A DNA stretch of 52,621 nt from Gemmatimonadales bacterium (GTDB lineage Bacteria > Gemmatimonadota > Gemmatimonadetes > Gemmatimonadales > GWC2-71-9). Both the position numbers and the translations under genes were made by a program. The notes beneath the pieces are model-generated. The model worked only from the letters and a program-made list of their open reading frames with translations, was not told the origin of the DNA and searched no databases. How positions within the stretch are numbered: the stretch's first letter is position 1; the number at the start of each line of letters is the position of its first letter. The stretch covers positions 1 through 52,621 of the forward strand of contig DASQAH010000258.1 in assembly GCA_035635835.1 (NCBI GenBank), given 5' to 3'. This document shows positions 8,184 to 18,722 of the stretch, one piece after another.

Positions 8184-8668
8184 GGCTTGGGATCCGGGGA
8201 CGTGTGGTCGTGGAGGATTTGCCAGCGTTCGCCGCGCTTCTGCAGAATCAGGGTGAAGGGCCCGCTTGCGACCAGAGAATCACCCCGATGCAGCTGGAAG
8301 CGAGCGGTCGCGTACGCCAAATCCATCGTCAGGGGCCGCGCCCGGACCTCCTCGAAGGAGAGCGAGTCGCGCGACTTGCCGGGGGCGAAGTAGGTCGCCT
8401 GGTAGCGGTCGGCCAGCTTCTGCCAACCGAATTGGACGTGGCCGCCCGACACATAGCTGGTGAGGGAGTCCCGAGCGTAGTCGCTCATGAAGCCGGCCAG
8501 GTCGCCGCGGTTCCAGTCGGCGGCGGAGCGCCGCAGCATCGCCTCGATCTCGGCCTGGGGATTCCCGAGCGGGACCTTCGGAGCCGAGCAAGCGGCGAGC
8601 CCGGCCAGCAGCACAATCCATAGACCACGCACGACGCGGGAGCGCCTCAAGGTGATGGCAGCCGCCAT
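8180..8668 (-). CDS. SnoaL/DUF4440-like (NTF2 fold) lipoprotein
   Basis: Lipobox LAGLAACS. SAADWNRGDLAGFMSDYA... is typical of NTF2-like proteins. ATG at 8668 has GGGAG upstream; an alternative GTG lies at 8698. The stop overlaps the next start (ATGA). Confidence 0.7.
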   Translation of the reverse strand: MAAAITLRRSRVVRGLWIVLLAGLAACSAPKVPLGNPQAEIEAMLRRSAADWNRGDLAGFMSDYARDSLTSYVSGGHVQFGWQKLADRYQATYFAPGKSRDSLSFEEVRARPLTMDLAYATARFQLHRGDSLVASGPFTLILQKRGERWQILHDHTSPDPKP

Positions 8669-8712
8669 CTGGTGGGCGCTCCCGCGGTGTGCCGTCACCG
8701 CGTGCCGGCGGC

Positions 8713-8985
8713 CTACCGCCGACGTCTCCCGCGTGTGGCCTTCCGCTTTTTGCTCGCCTTTTTCCGGGCCTTGGGGCGGGTCCGCTTGGCCTTGCGCTTG
8801 GTCGCCTTCCGCTTCGCCTTCTGCCGCCGAGCCTTCTTCTTCGGCCTGGGCGCCGGCGCCCGCATCGGCTCCGGAGCACCCATCGGGGCCGGCATCGGCG
8901 GGGCTGGGGGAGCCGATGGGAACATCGGTTCCATCATCCCAGGGCCGGTCCAGCCGCTCTCGGTGACATCCAGATTCTCGAGCAT
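8713..8985 (-). CDS. small bipartite protein: Pro/Met-rich N-terminal half, polybasic Lys/Arg tail
   Basis: Strong SD GGAGGAG (8993-8999) 7 nt before the ATG. High GC3 (AAG/CGG codons). Tail is RPKKKARRQKAKRKATKRKAKRTRPKARKKASKKRKATRGRRRR. The mirrored plus-strand ORFs are rejected. Confidence 0.6.
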   Translation of the reverse strand: MLENLDVTESGWTGPGMMEPMFPSAPPAPPMPAPMGAPEPMRAPAPRPKKKARRQKAKRKATKRKAKRTRPKARKKASKKRKATRGRRRR

Positions 8986-9111
8986 CGGAACTCTCCTCCG
9001 CTGGTAGGGTCAGGGCGTGGCCTATAGCTTACCCGGCCAAGCCCACCCCGCAAGTGATATGTGCTCTCGGCACGCGCCGGTCGGGGCAGTGCGTAATCGT
9101 GACAACTTTGC

Positions 9112-9141
9112 TTGACAACGACACTTAGCCCGACGTAGGTT
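9112..9141 (+). promoter_or_regulatory. candidate promoter TTGACA-N18-TAGGTT, 9 nt before ATG 9151
   Basis: Perfect -35 at 9112-9117 and -10-like hexamer at 9136-9141. The predicted TSS is within about 2 nt of the start codon. Confidence 0.5.
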
Positions 9142-9150
9142 CGCGGAGCC

Positions 9151-11421
9151 ATGAGTCCCTTTCGCTGCGCGGTGCTGCTTCTCCTGAGCCTCCCAGCCAC
9201 CGTCCGCGCTCAGAACGTTGCCGAAGTCCAAGTCGCCCCGCCCACCGTAACGATCAAGGCGGGCGAGCGTACTGGGCTGCTGGCCACCGCCTTCGACCGC
9301 GCCGGCAACGTCATCCCCACCGTGCGGTTCATCTGGGGGTCCAACAACGTCGTCGTCGCCCGGGTGGACAACAACGGCACCGTCACGGGCGTCGCCAACG
9401 GCGTGGCGATCGTCGAAGCGCGCGCGGGTACCCGCAAGGGGCAGGCGGTCGTCCAGGTGGTCGGTGGCGGCGCGACGCCCCCGGCGCCGCGCACGGAGCC
9501 GGCGACGCCCCCCCCGCCGGAGACGGGCGGGGCGCTGGATCCGCTCGCTGGCCAGTCGGCCGGCGTGGGGCCCGCGGCAGCCCTGCGCATTGATCCGCCG
9601 GCCATTTATCTCCTGCCCTCAGAGAACTCACGCGTCTTTCCCCGGGCGCTACGGGAAGATGGCTCGCCGGCCGCACCGCTGCGCGTCAGCTGGAAATCGC
9701 TGCGGGAAGACATCGCGAGTGTCGATCAGAACGGGAATGTGGTCGCGCTGGCGCCCGGTCAAGGCACGATCCAGGCGAGCGCGCCCAACGGACTCACCGC
9801 CACCGCCCCCGTCGTCGTCGCTGCTGCTGAGATTGCGATCCGGGGGACGAGCCCGGTACGGATGTCCCCCGGTGAGGTAGACACGCTGCGCGTGATCGTG
9901 CCGTCGCAGAACGGGCGGCAGGTGAATCCCTTGGCGCTGCAATGGTCGTCGAGCGACGTGAGCGTGGCGCAGGTGAGCCTGCTCGGGGCGGTGCGGGCGG
10001 TCGGCCCCGGCAAAGCCACCCTCTCGGTGACCGGGTTGCTCCAGACAAAGACCATAGAGGTCCAAGTCCACCGGGTCGTGCAGTACCTGGCGGTGCGGCC
10101 CCGTTCCAGTGTTGACGTGCCCGTGCCCGTCACCTCGACGGTGAAATTCACGGCGCAGGCACTGGCCGCCGACACGACGGCGATTCCCGAGGCGCCCCTG
10201 CGCTGGAGCGTCGTGGACACCACCATCGTGGGCTTCGACCTCGCCACCGGAACGCTGACGGGGAAGCGAATCGGACGCACGCAGGTGACGGTACGTGGTC
10301 CCGGGGGAGCGCCCGCGGTGACGTGGAACGTGAACGTGATCGCCGGCTCCCTGAAGCTCGGCGTGACGCGCCTCGGGATCCCGCAGGGCGCGCATCTGAC
10401 CATCAAGGCGAGCTTCACCGACGATGCGGGAACGGTGCTGGGCCCGGCGAGTGGCGTCACCTGGACCTCAGAGAGCCCCCAGGTGGCTACGGTCGGCGAG
10501 GACGGCACGGTGGCGGCCACTGGCTACGGACGCTCACGGATCACTGCCACAGCGCCAGGGGGCAAGACCGCCACAGCCGACGTGATCGTGCAGGGAGAGA
10601 TCCTCGTCGCCAGCAACCGCGGGGGGAAGTTCCAGCTCTACGCCGCCGATCGCTCGAACCTGGCCCAGCTCCGCCGCGTTTCGGCGGACACGGCGCAGGC
10701 CGTCGACCCGGCGGTCTCTCCAGACGGCTCGCGGATCGCGTTCGTCTCAGCGCGCGACGGCATCCCGCACATTTATGTGATGGACGCGGACGGCGCGAAT
10801 GTCACGCGCCTGACGAGCGATGCTCAGCCCGACGCGCGGCCGGTGTTCACAGCCGATGGGGAGGCGATCGTCTTCGCTTCCTCGCGCACCGGCAAGCCCC
10901 AGATCTGGACGGTGAACCTCGATGGGACAGGCCTGAAGCAGCTGACCACTGATTCGCTGAGCTTCTCGCCCACCGTCTCCCCCGACGGCGGCATCATCGC
11001 CTACGTGTCGTTGCGCAACAAGCATTATGACATCTGGCTCATGTCCCGCGATGGGTCGAACCAGCGAGCTTTCACCCGCAGTCCGACCTGGCGCGCGGGC
11101 GAGCCCCACTTCCTCCGGGACGGGGCGCTCACCTATCTGGTGGAGCGGCAGGAAAATGGACGCACGGTGCAGCAGGTCATCAAGGCGGACCTCGCCACAG
11201 GCTCCACCACGCCCCTGACCGGCACGGACCTCGCCATCACCGGGTACGCCATTTCCCCGGGGGGCGAGTTGCTCGCCCTCGTCGTCAACGCGCAGCCGGA
11301 AAACCGTCGCAACCCGTTGTACAAGGTCTACATCCAGCCGGTCGGCTCCGGCACGCCGGTGCCGATGCCCACGACCGGCGCCGAGCAGATGACGACGCCG
11401 ACGTTCCTGCCCCTGCCGTAA
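9151..11421 (+). CDS. secreted protein with five Big_2 (Ig-like) repeats and a C-terminal TolB-like beta-propeller
   Basis: Signal peptide ending VRAQ. Five ~85-aa repeats with the GxAxIxA / VxV pattern. PD40-type blades (SPDGSRIAFVSARDG..HIYVMDADGANVTRLT, FTADGEAIVFASSRTGKPQIWTV...). Confidence 0.9.
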   Translation: MSPFRCAVLLLLSLPATVRAQNVAEVQVAPPTVTIKAGERTGLLATAFDRAGNVIPTVRFIWGSNNVVVARVDNNGTVTGVANGVAIVEARAGTRKGQAVVQVVGGGATPPAPRTEPATPPPPETGGALDPLAGQSAGVGPAAALRIDPPAIYLLPSENSRVFPRALREDGSPAAPLRVSWKSLREDIASVDQNGNVVALAPGQGTIQASAPNGLTATAPVVVAAAEIAIRGTSPVRMSPGEVDTLRVIVPSQNGRQVNPLALQWSSSDVSVAQVSLLGAVRAVGPGKATLSVTGLLQTKTIEVQVHRVVQYLAVRPRSSVDVPVPVTSTVKFTAQALAADTTAIPEAPLRWSVVDTTIVGFDLATGTLTGKRIGRTQVTVRGPGGAPAVTWNVNVIAGSLKLGVTRLGIPQGAHLTIKASFTDDAGTVLGPASGVTWTSESPQVATVGEDGTVAATGYGRSRITATAPGGKTATADVIVQGEILVASNRGGKFQLYAADRSNLAQLRRVSADTAQAVDPAVSPDGSRIAFVSARDGIPHIYVMDADGANVTRLTSDAQPDARPVFTADGEAIVFASSRTGKPQIWTVNLDGTGLKQLTTDSLSFSPTVSPDGGIIAYVSLRNKHYDIWLMSRDGSNQRAFTRSPTWRAGEPHFLRDGALTYLVERQENGRTVQQVIKADLATGSTTPLTGTDLAITGYAISPGGELLALVVNAQPENRRNPLYKVYIQPVGSGTPVPMPTTGAEQMTTPTFLPLP

Positions 11422-11434
11422 CGACGTTGTCGGG

Positions 11435-11460
11435 CCCCCCCGCCCCCCCGCCCCCCCGCC
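11435..11460. repeat. tandem (C7G)x3 + CC
   Basis: Read directly in the 60-nt spacer between stop 11421 and ATG 11482. The complementary strand is a G7 x3 tract. Confidence 0.9.
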
Positions 11461-11481
11461 TTCCGTTCTTCGCGTGACCCC

Positions 11482-12534
11482 ATGAAGGCGTGCGTGCTCA
11501 CCGCCACCGGCGGCCTCGATTCACTTCTCGTGACCGACGTTCCCCAGTCCCCGGTCCCCGGACCGGGGGATGTGCGCGTGGCGATCCGGGCGGCGGCCTT
11601 GAACCACCTCGACTTGTTCGTGACCGAAGGGCTGCCGGGAGTGGAGTACGTGTTTCCCAAAATCGTGGGAGCCGATGGCGCGGGAGTGGTCGAGACGGTC
11701 GGCGCCGGGGTGACGCGGGTGCGGCCGGGAGACCGAGTGATGATCAACCCAGGAATCTCGTGCCGCCAGTGCGAGTTTTGCCGCAAGGGCGAGCACTCGC
11801 TGTGTGTGAAATACCGCCTCTTGGGGGAGCACCTCCCGGGCAGCTTCGCGGAATTCGTCACGCTCCCGGCCGTCAACGTCGCGCCGATCCCGGCCCCGAC
11901 TCCGGCGCTCTCGTGGCCTGAGGCCGCGGCGTTCTCCCTCGTGACCTTGACCGCCTGGCGGATGCTCGTGACACGGGCGCGGCTGCAGGCCGGGGAATGG
12001 GTGCTCGTGTGGGGAATCGGGGGCGGCGTCTCGCTCGCCGCGCTGGGTATCGCCAAGCTCTTCGGCGCCACAGTGATCGCGACGTCCTCAAGCGATGCCA
12101 AGCTCGTGCGCGCACGCGCCCTCGGCGCCGACCACACACTCAACCACCGGACACAACAGATCGCCAAAGAAGTCCGCGCCCTCACGGGCAAGCGCGGCGT
12201 GGACATCGTGGTCGACCACGTGGGCGAGCAGACGTGGCAGGAATCGTTGCGGTCCCTCGCCAAGGGAGGCCGCGTGGTGACCTGCGGTGGGACGTCGGGA
12301 CCCAAGCTGGTCACCGACGTGCGCCCGCTCTTCTGGCATCAGTACAGTCTCCTGGGCTCGACGATGGGAAACGACGCGGAGTACGGGGAGATCGTGCGGC
12401 GGCTCGGTGGGGGAGAGCTGCGGCCCTTGGTGGATCGCGTCTTCCCGCTGGCCGAAGCGCGGGCGGCCTACGCCTACCTGGAACGGGGGGAGCAGATGGG
12501 GAAGGTGGTTTTCACGCTCGCAGGGTCGGACTGA
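11482..12534 (+). CDS. zinc-type alcohol dehydrogenase / quinone oxidoreductase (MDR superfamily)
   Basis: GDVRVAIRAAALNHLD, GADGAGVVETVG, CRQCEFCRKGEHSLC, VWGIGGGVSLAALGIAKLFGA. Confidence 0.9.
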   Translation: MKACVLTATGGLDSLLVTDVPQSPVPGPGDVRVAIRAAALNHLDLFVTEGLPGVEYVFPKIVGADGAGVVETVGAGVTRVRPGDRVMINPGISCRQCEFCRKGEHSLCVKYRLLGEHLPGSFAEFVTLPAVNVAPIPAPTPALSWPEAAAFSLVTLTAWRMLVTRARLQAGEWVLVWGIGGGVSLAALGIAKLFGATVIATSSSDAKLVRARALGADHTLNHRTQQIAKEVRALTGKRGVDIVVDHVGEQTWQESLRSLAKGGRVVTCGGTSGPKLVTDVRPLFWHQYSLLGSTMGNDAEYGEIVRRLGGGELRPLVDRVFPLAEARAAYAYLERGEQMGKVVFTLAGSD

Positions 12535-12598
12535 CTGACGGCCGGACGGTGGTCTTGGTAAGGTGCGTCCGTTCTCGGGGTTAGCCGCTCGTTTTCCG

Positions 12599-12627
12599 TT
12601 GCTTTTCACCCCCTAAGTATTTATTTT
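12599..12627 (+). promoter_or_regulatory. candidate gyrA promoter TTGCTT-N17-TATTTT inside the only AT-rich patch of the region
   Basis: AT-rich island 12614-12640 in a ~70% GC context. Flanked by the 7-bp inverted repeat CCTAAGT/ACTTAGG (12612-18 / 12634-40). Confidence 0.35.
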
Positions 12628-12687
12628 TTATCAACTTAGGCGATTTCCGTCCGACCGTCCCATAGTCCGACCGGCCGACTGGATCCC

Positions 12688-15228
<2,541 letters not shown>

Positions 15229-15229
15229 C

Positions 15230-16171
15230 GTGCTCACCGCGGCGGAGGTCCGGGCGGCGGCCGAGGGGCTGCGCGGTATCGCCGTGCGGACGCCGCTGCG
15301 TTACGTGGCCGCGCTCGACGCCTGGCTCAAGCTCGAAAACCTCCAGCCCGTGGGCGCGTTCAAGATTCGCGGAGCCTACAACGCCGTGCGGCGGCTGCCG
15401 TTCGCGGTGCGCAAGCGCGGGGTCATCACTTACTCGAGCGGTAACCACGGGCAGGCCCTCGCTTTTGCCGGCCAGTCGTTCGGCGTCCGCACCGTGGTGG
15501 TGATGCCGGAGACGGCGCCGGCGATCAAGGTCAACGGCGTGAAGCAGTGGGGCGGCGAAGTGGTGCTCGCCGGCCGGACCTCGGAGGACCGGCGGCAGGC
15601 GGCAGAGGACATCGCGGCGCGCGAAGGACTCGCGATCGTGCCGCCGTTCGACCACTGGGACATCGTGGCCGGCCAGGCGAGCGTGGGTCTGGAGATCGCC
15701 GAGGAGCTGCCCGACGCGCGCACGGTGCTCGTGCCGGTCGGTGGCGGCGGGTTGATCGCGGGCGTGGTGGTAGGCTTGGCGGTCGCGGGCAGCGCCGCCA
15801 TGGTCTGGGGTGTCGAGCCGGCGGGGGCGCCCAAGCTGAAGCGCTCCTGGGAGGCGGGAGCTCCGGCGCGCCTGGACGCCACCGCCAGCATCGCCGACGG
15901 GCTCATCACCCTCACCGTTGGCGCCATCCCCTTCTCCGTTCTCCTGGCCCACCGGGATCGCGTCGGCGGCGTGGTCTTAGTGGAGGATGACAGTATCCTC
16001 GAGGCGGTGCATTTTCTCCACCGCTGCTGCGACCTCAGCGTTGAGCCGTCCGGGGCGGCCACGACCGCAGCGCTGCGGAGTGGCGCCGTAGACCCGCCGC
16101 GGCCGGTCGCCCTGGTCGTGAGCGGCGGCAACGTGGACCCTGCACTCCTCGAAAAGGAAGGCTCCGGATGA
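15230..16171 (+). CDS. PLP-dependent threonine/serine dehydratase family enzyme
   Basis: PVGAFKIRGAYNAV (PLP lysine), SSGNHGQALAFAG, VPVGGGGLIAG. GTG start 1 nt after the gyrA stop. Confidence 0.85.
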   Translation: MLTAAEVRAAAEGLRGIAVRTPLRYVAALDAWLKLENLQPVGAFKIRGAYNAVRRLPFAVRKRGVITYSSGNHGQALAFAGQSFGVRTVVVMPETAPAIKVNGVKQWGGEVVLAGRTSEDRRQAAEDIAAREGLAIVPPFDHWDIVAGQASVGLEIAEELPDARTVLVPVGGGGLIAGVVVGLAVAGSAAMVWGVEPAGAPKLKRSWEAGAPARLDATASIADGLITLTVGAIPFSVLLAHRDRVGGVVLVEDDSILEAVHFLHRCCDLSVEPSGAATTAALRSGAVDPPRPVALVVSGGNVDPALLEKEGSG

Positions 16172-17607
16172 CAGAAACGGTGCCGTCCAAGATCCTCGTC
16201 GCGGACGACGACCAGTCGCTCGTGAAGACGCTGTCGTGGATCCTCAAGGAACAGGGCTACGAGGTGGTGAGCGTCCCGGGGGGCGAGGGCCTGCTTGCTA
16301 AGCTCGAAGAGGAAAAGCCGCAGCTCCTGCTGCTGGACATCATGATGCCCAAAGTGGACGGGCTACAGCTGCTCGAGCGCTTGAAGAAGGACGAGCAGTT
16401 CCAGGACCTGCCCGTCCTCATGGTGTCCTCGATGCCGCCCGAGGAGGCGACCGTGAAGTCGCTCGGGCTCGGCGCGGCCGACTTCATCTCGAAGCCGTTC
16501 CGCGTCAAGGAGCTGCTCGCCCGCGTGGAGGCCCACCTGCGGGTGGGCCGCGCGCTCGCCCAGGCGCGCGAGGAGGCCCGCAGTCGGGCCACCATGGTGG
16601 ACATCCTCCACGAGGTGACCGACTCCCTCAAACCCGACGAGATCTACCACATCCTGGCCCGGCGCGTGGCGCGGGTGCTCAACATCTCGAAGTGCTCCAT
16701 GGTCCTCGCCAAGCCGGGCGACCTGGTCGGCGTTGTGGTGGCGGCCTACGAGAACCCGATGCTGCGCAACCTCGAGATCGAGCTGGCGCGGTACCCGGAG
16801 ATCGAGCAGGCGATCTCCTCCGGCCGGCTCGTGCTCGTGACCGACGTGCGGACCGACCCGTTGTACTCAAAGGAGCGTCTGCGCTGGGAGCGCGACGGCA
16901 TCAAGGTGCCGACCCGCTCGGCCGTGGCGCTGCCGTTCTCGATGAAGGACCGCCAGCTCGGCGTCTTCTTCCTGCGCACCACGGGGGAGGACCCCCCGCT
17001 CACGCGCGCCGACGCCCAGTTCGCCGAGACGGTGATCAAAACGGCGGTGGCCGCGATCGAGAAGGCGTACGACTTCGAGACCGCGGTGTCGGACAAGCAG
17101 CGCCTGGAGAAGCTCGCCGCGACCGACGCCCTGACGGGCACGCTCAACCGGCGGGCCCTCGCCGAGGCCCTCGAAGCCGAGCTGGAGCGGGCGCGGCGCT
17201 ACAACCTGGCAGTCAGCATTCTGCTCGCCGACATCGACCGCTTCAAGCAGATCAACGACACCCGCGGGCACATTGCGGGGGATTCGGTTCTGCGCCAAGT
17301 TGGGGAGTTGATGCGACGCGAGGCGCGGTCGGTAGACCTCGTGGCTCGGTATGGCGGCGAGGAGTTCGTGGTGGTGATGCCCGAGACCGCCCTGCACGGC
17401 GCCGCCATCTTCGCCGAGCGGTTGCGCCGGCGCATCGCGGCCCGCGACTTCGCCGATCCCGGGGAGGATCCACTCCACCTGACGGTCAGCATCGGCTTGG
17501 CCTCCTTCCCGGACGAGCGTGTGCACGCCGCGGAAGGGCTCGTCACGCTGGCCGACCAGGCTCTCTACCGGGCGAAGAATGAGGGCCGTAACCTGGTGCG
17601 CGAATGA
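16168..17607 (+). CDS. response regulator with REC-GAF-GGDEF architecture (diguanylate cyclase)
   Basis: REC (ILVADDD...LLLLDIMMPKVDG). Central GAF-like region. GGEEF active site with an RxxD I-site (RSVDLVARYGGEEF). ATGA overlap with the upstream gene. Confidence 0.9.
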   Translation: MTETVPSKILVADDDQSLVKTLSWILKEQGYEVVSVPGGEGLLAKLEEEKPQLLLLDIMMPKVDGLQLLERLKKDEQFQDLPVLMVSSMPPEEATVKSLGLGAADFISKPFRVKELLARVEAHLRVGRALAQAREEARSRATMVDILHEVTDSLKPDEIYHILARRVARVLNISKCSMVLAKPGDLVGVVVAAYENPMLRNLEIELARYPEIEQAISSGRLVLVTDVRTDPLYSKERLRWERDGIKVPTRSAVALPFSMKDRQLGVFFLRTTGEDPPLTRADAQFAETVIKTAVAAIEKAYDFETAVSDKQRLEKLAATDALTGTLNRRALAEALEAELERARRYNLAVSILLADIDRFKQINDTRGHIAGDSVLRQVGELMRREARSVDLVARYGGEEFVVVMPETALHGAAIFAERLRRRIAARDFADPGEDPLHLTVSIGLASFPDERVHAAEGLVTLADQALYRAKNEGRNLVRE

Positions 17608-18722
17608 GCGCTCGCCGCTGTCCCAAGTGCAAAACAGTCTACTCGGACACCGCCCGCTTTTGTCCCAAGGACGGGACGATGCTGGTGGAGGTCCAGGCGC
17701 CGCCGGCCGCTCCTCCCCCCCCTTCGGTCCCCCCGGGGTCCGGAAGCGGCACCAAGGTGCGCACCCCGCCCGTCGCGGCCAAGGGCATCGCGCTTGATCG
17801 CGCGTCGACCCTCTCCAACCAGGTCCTCGACACCCGCTATCAGGTGCTGCAGAAGCTAGGCGAGGGCGGCATGTCCTACGTCTACCTCGCCCGGGAGATC
17901 TCCTCCGGCGACGAAGTGGCGATCAAAGTGCTCTCTCCCAAGCTGGCCAGCGACCGCAGCTCGGTCGAGCGGCTGCGCCGCGAGGCTGGCCTCGCGATGC
18001 GGCTCGACCACCCCAACGTGTGCCGCATCCTGCGGCTGGGGGAGTCCGAGGACGGGCTGATCTACCTGGTGATGCCGTTCCTCAAAGGCGAGCTGCTCTC
18101 CGATCGCGAGGTGAAGGGCGGGCCGATGGACGTGGCGACCGGCGTCCCGATCCTGCGCCAAGTGTGCGCCGGCCTCCACCACGCGCACGAGCTCCAGATC
18201 GTGCACCGCGACCTGAAGCCCGAGAACATCATGCTGGTATCCCAGGACGGTGGTGGGGACCGCGCGGTGGTGATGGACTTCGGGCTCGCCAAGGAGCGGC
18301 GCGCCGATCCCGCTATCCAGAAGCTCACCGCGACCGGCATCATCCTCGGCACTCCCGAGTTCATGAGCCCCGAACAAATCCGCGGCAAGCCGCTCGACGC
18401 CCGGAGCGATGTCTACGCGCTCGGGATCGTGGCGTTTGAGATGTTCACGGGGAGGCTGCCATTCCAGGGCCGCAACGCGCAGGAGATGATGATCGCCCGG
18501 CTCCGCGGCACCCCCACGCTGCTGCGCCAGGTGCTTCCGGATCTCCCGGCCGGGCTGGAGCAAACGCTCGCCAAGTCGCTCCAAACCAACGCTGACGATC
18601 GCTATGCCACCGCTGTGGAGTTCGCCGAAGCGCTCACGCAGGTGGCCGAAGGAGCCGGGGGTGGCGGGGGCGGGGGGGGCGGCGGCGGCATCTTCGGCAG
18701 AATCAAAGAGAAACTCAGCTGA
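17604..18722 (+). CDS. Ser/Thr protein kinase with N-terminal zinc ribbon and C-terminal poly-Gly
   Basis: CPKCKTVYSDTARFCPKDG, then Hanks kinase motifs GEGGMSYVY, AIKVL, HRDLKPENIML, DFGLAKE, GTPEFMSPE. Tail is GAGGGGGGGGGGGIFGRIKEKLS. Confidence 0.9.
   Translation: MSARRCPKCKTVYSDTARFCPKDGTMLVEVQAPPAAPPPPSVPPGSGSGTKVRTPPVAAKGIALDRASTLSNQVLDTRYQVLQKLGEGGMSYVYLAREISSGDEVAIKVLSPKLASDRSSVERLRREAGLAMRLDHPNVCRILRLGESEDGLIYLVMPFLKGELLSDREVKGGPMDVATGVPILRQVCAGLHHAHELQIVHRDLKPENIMLVSQDGGGDRAVVMDFGLAKERRADPAIQKLTATGIILGTPEFMSPEQIRGKPLDARSDVYALGIVAFEMFTGRLPFQGRNAQEMMIARLRGTPTLLRQVLPDLPAGLEQTLAKSLQTNADDRYATAVEFAEALTQVAEGAGGGGGGGGGGGIFGRIKEKLS
18657..18679. repeat. G-tract G5-T-GG-C-G5-C-G8 (encodes the kinase poly-Gly)
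   Basis: Read directly. G-rich on the coding strand. Confidence 0.9.

Noticed and set aside
8672-9027. Plus-strand ORFs (111 and 112 aa) overlapping the small polybasic gene
   Set aside because: They are mirror frames of the Lys/Arg-rich gene, giving Phe/Leu/Arg-rich products. They have no SD, whereas the minus-strand frame has GGAGGAG at ideal spacing.
12627-12635. TTATCAACT, a 7-of-9 match to the DnaA box TTATCCACA, near gyrA
   Set aside because: It is a single degenerate copy with no cluster of boxes and no adjacent dnaA or dnaN. That is insufficient to propose an origin.
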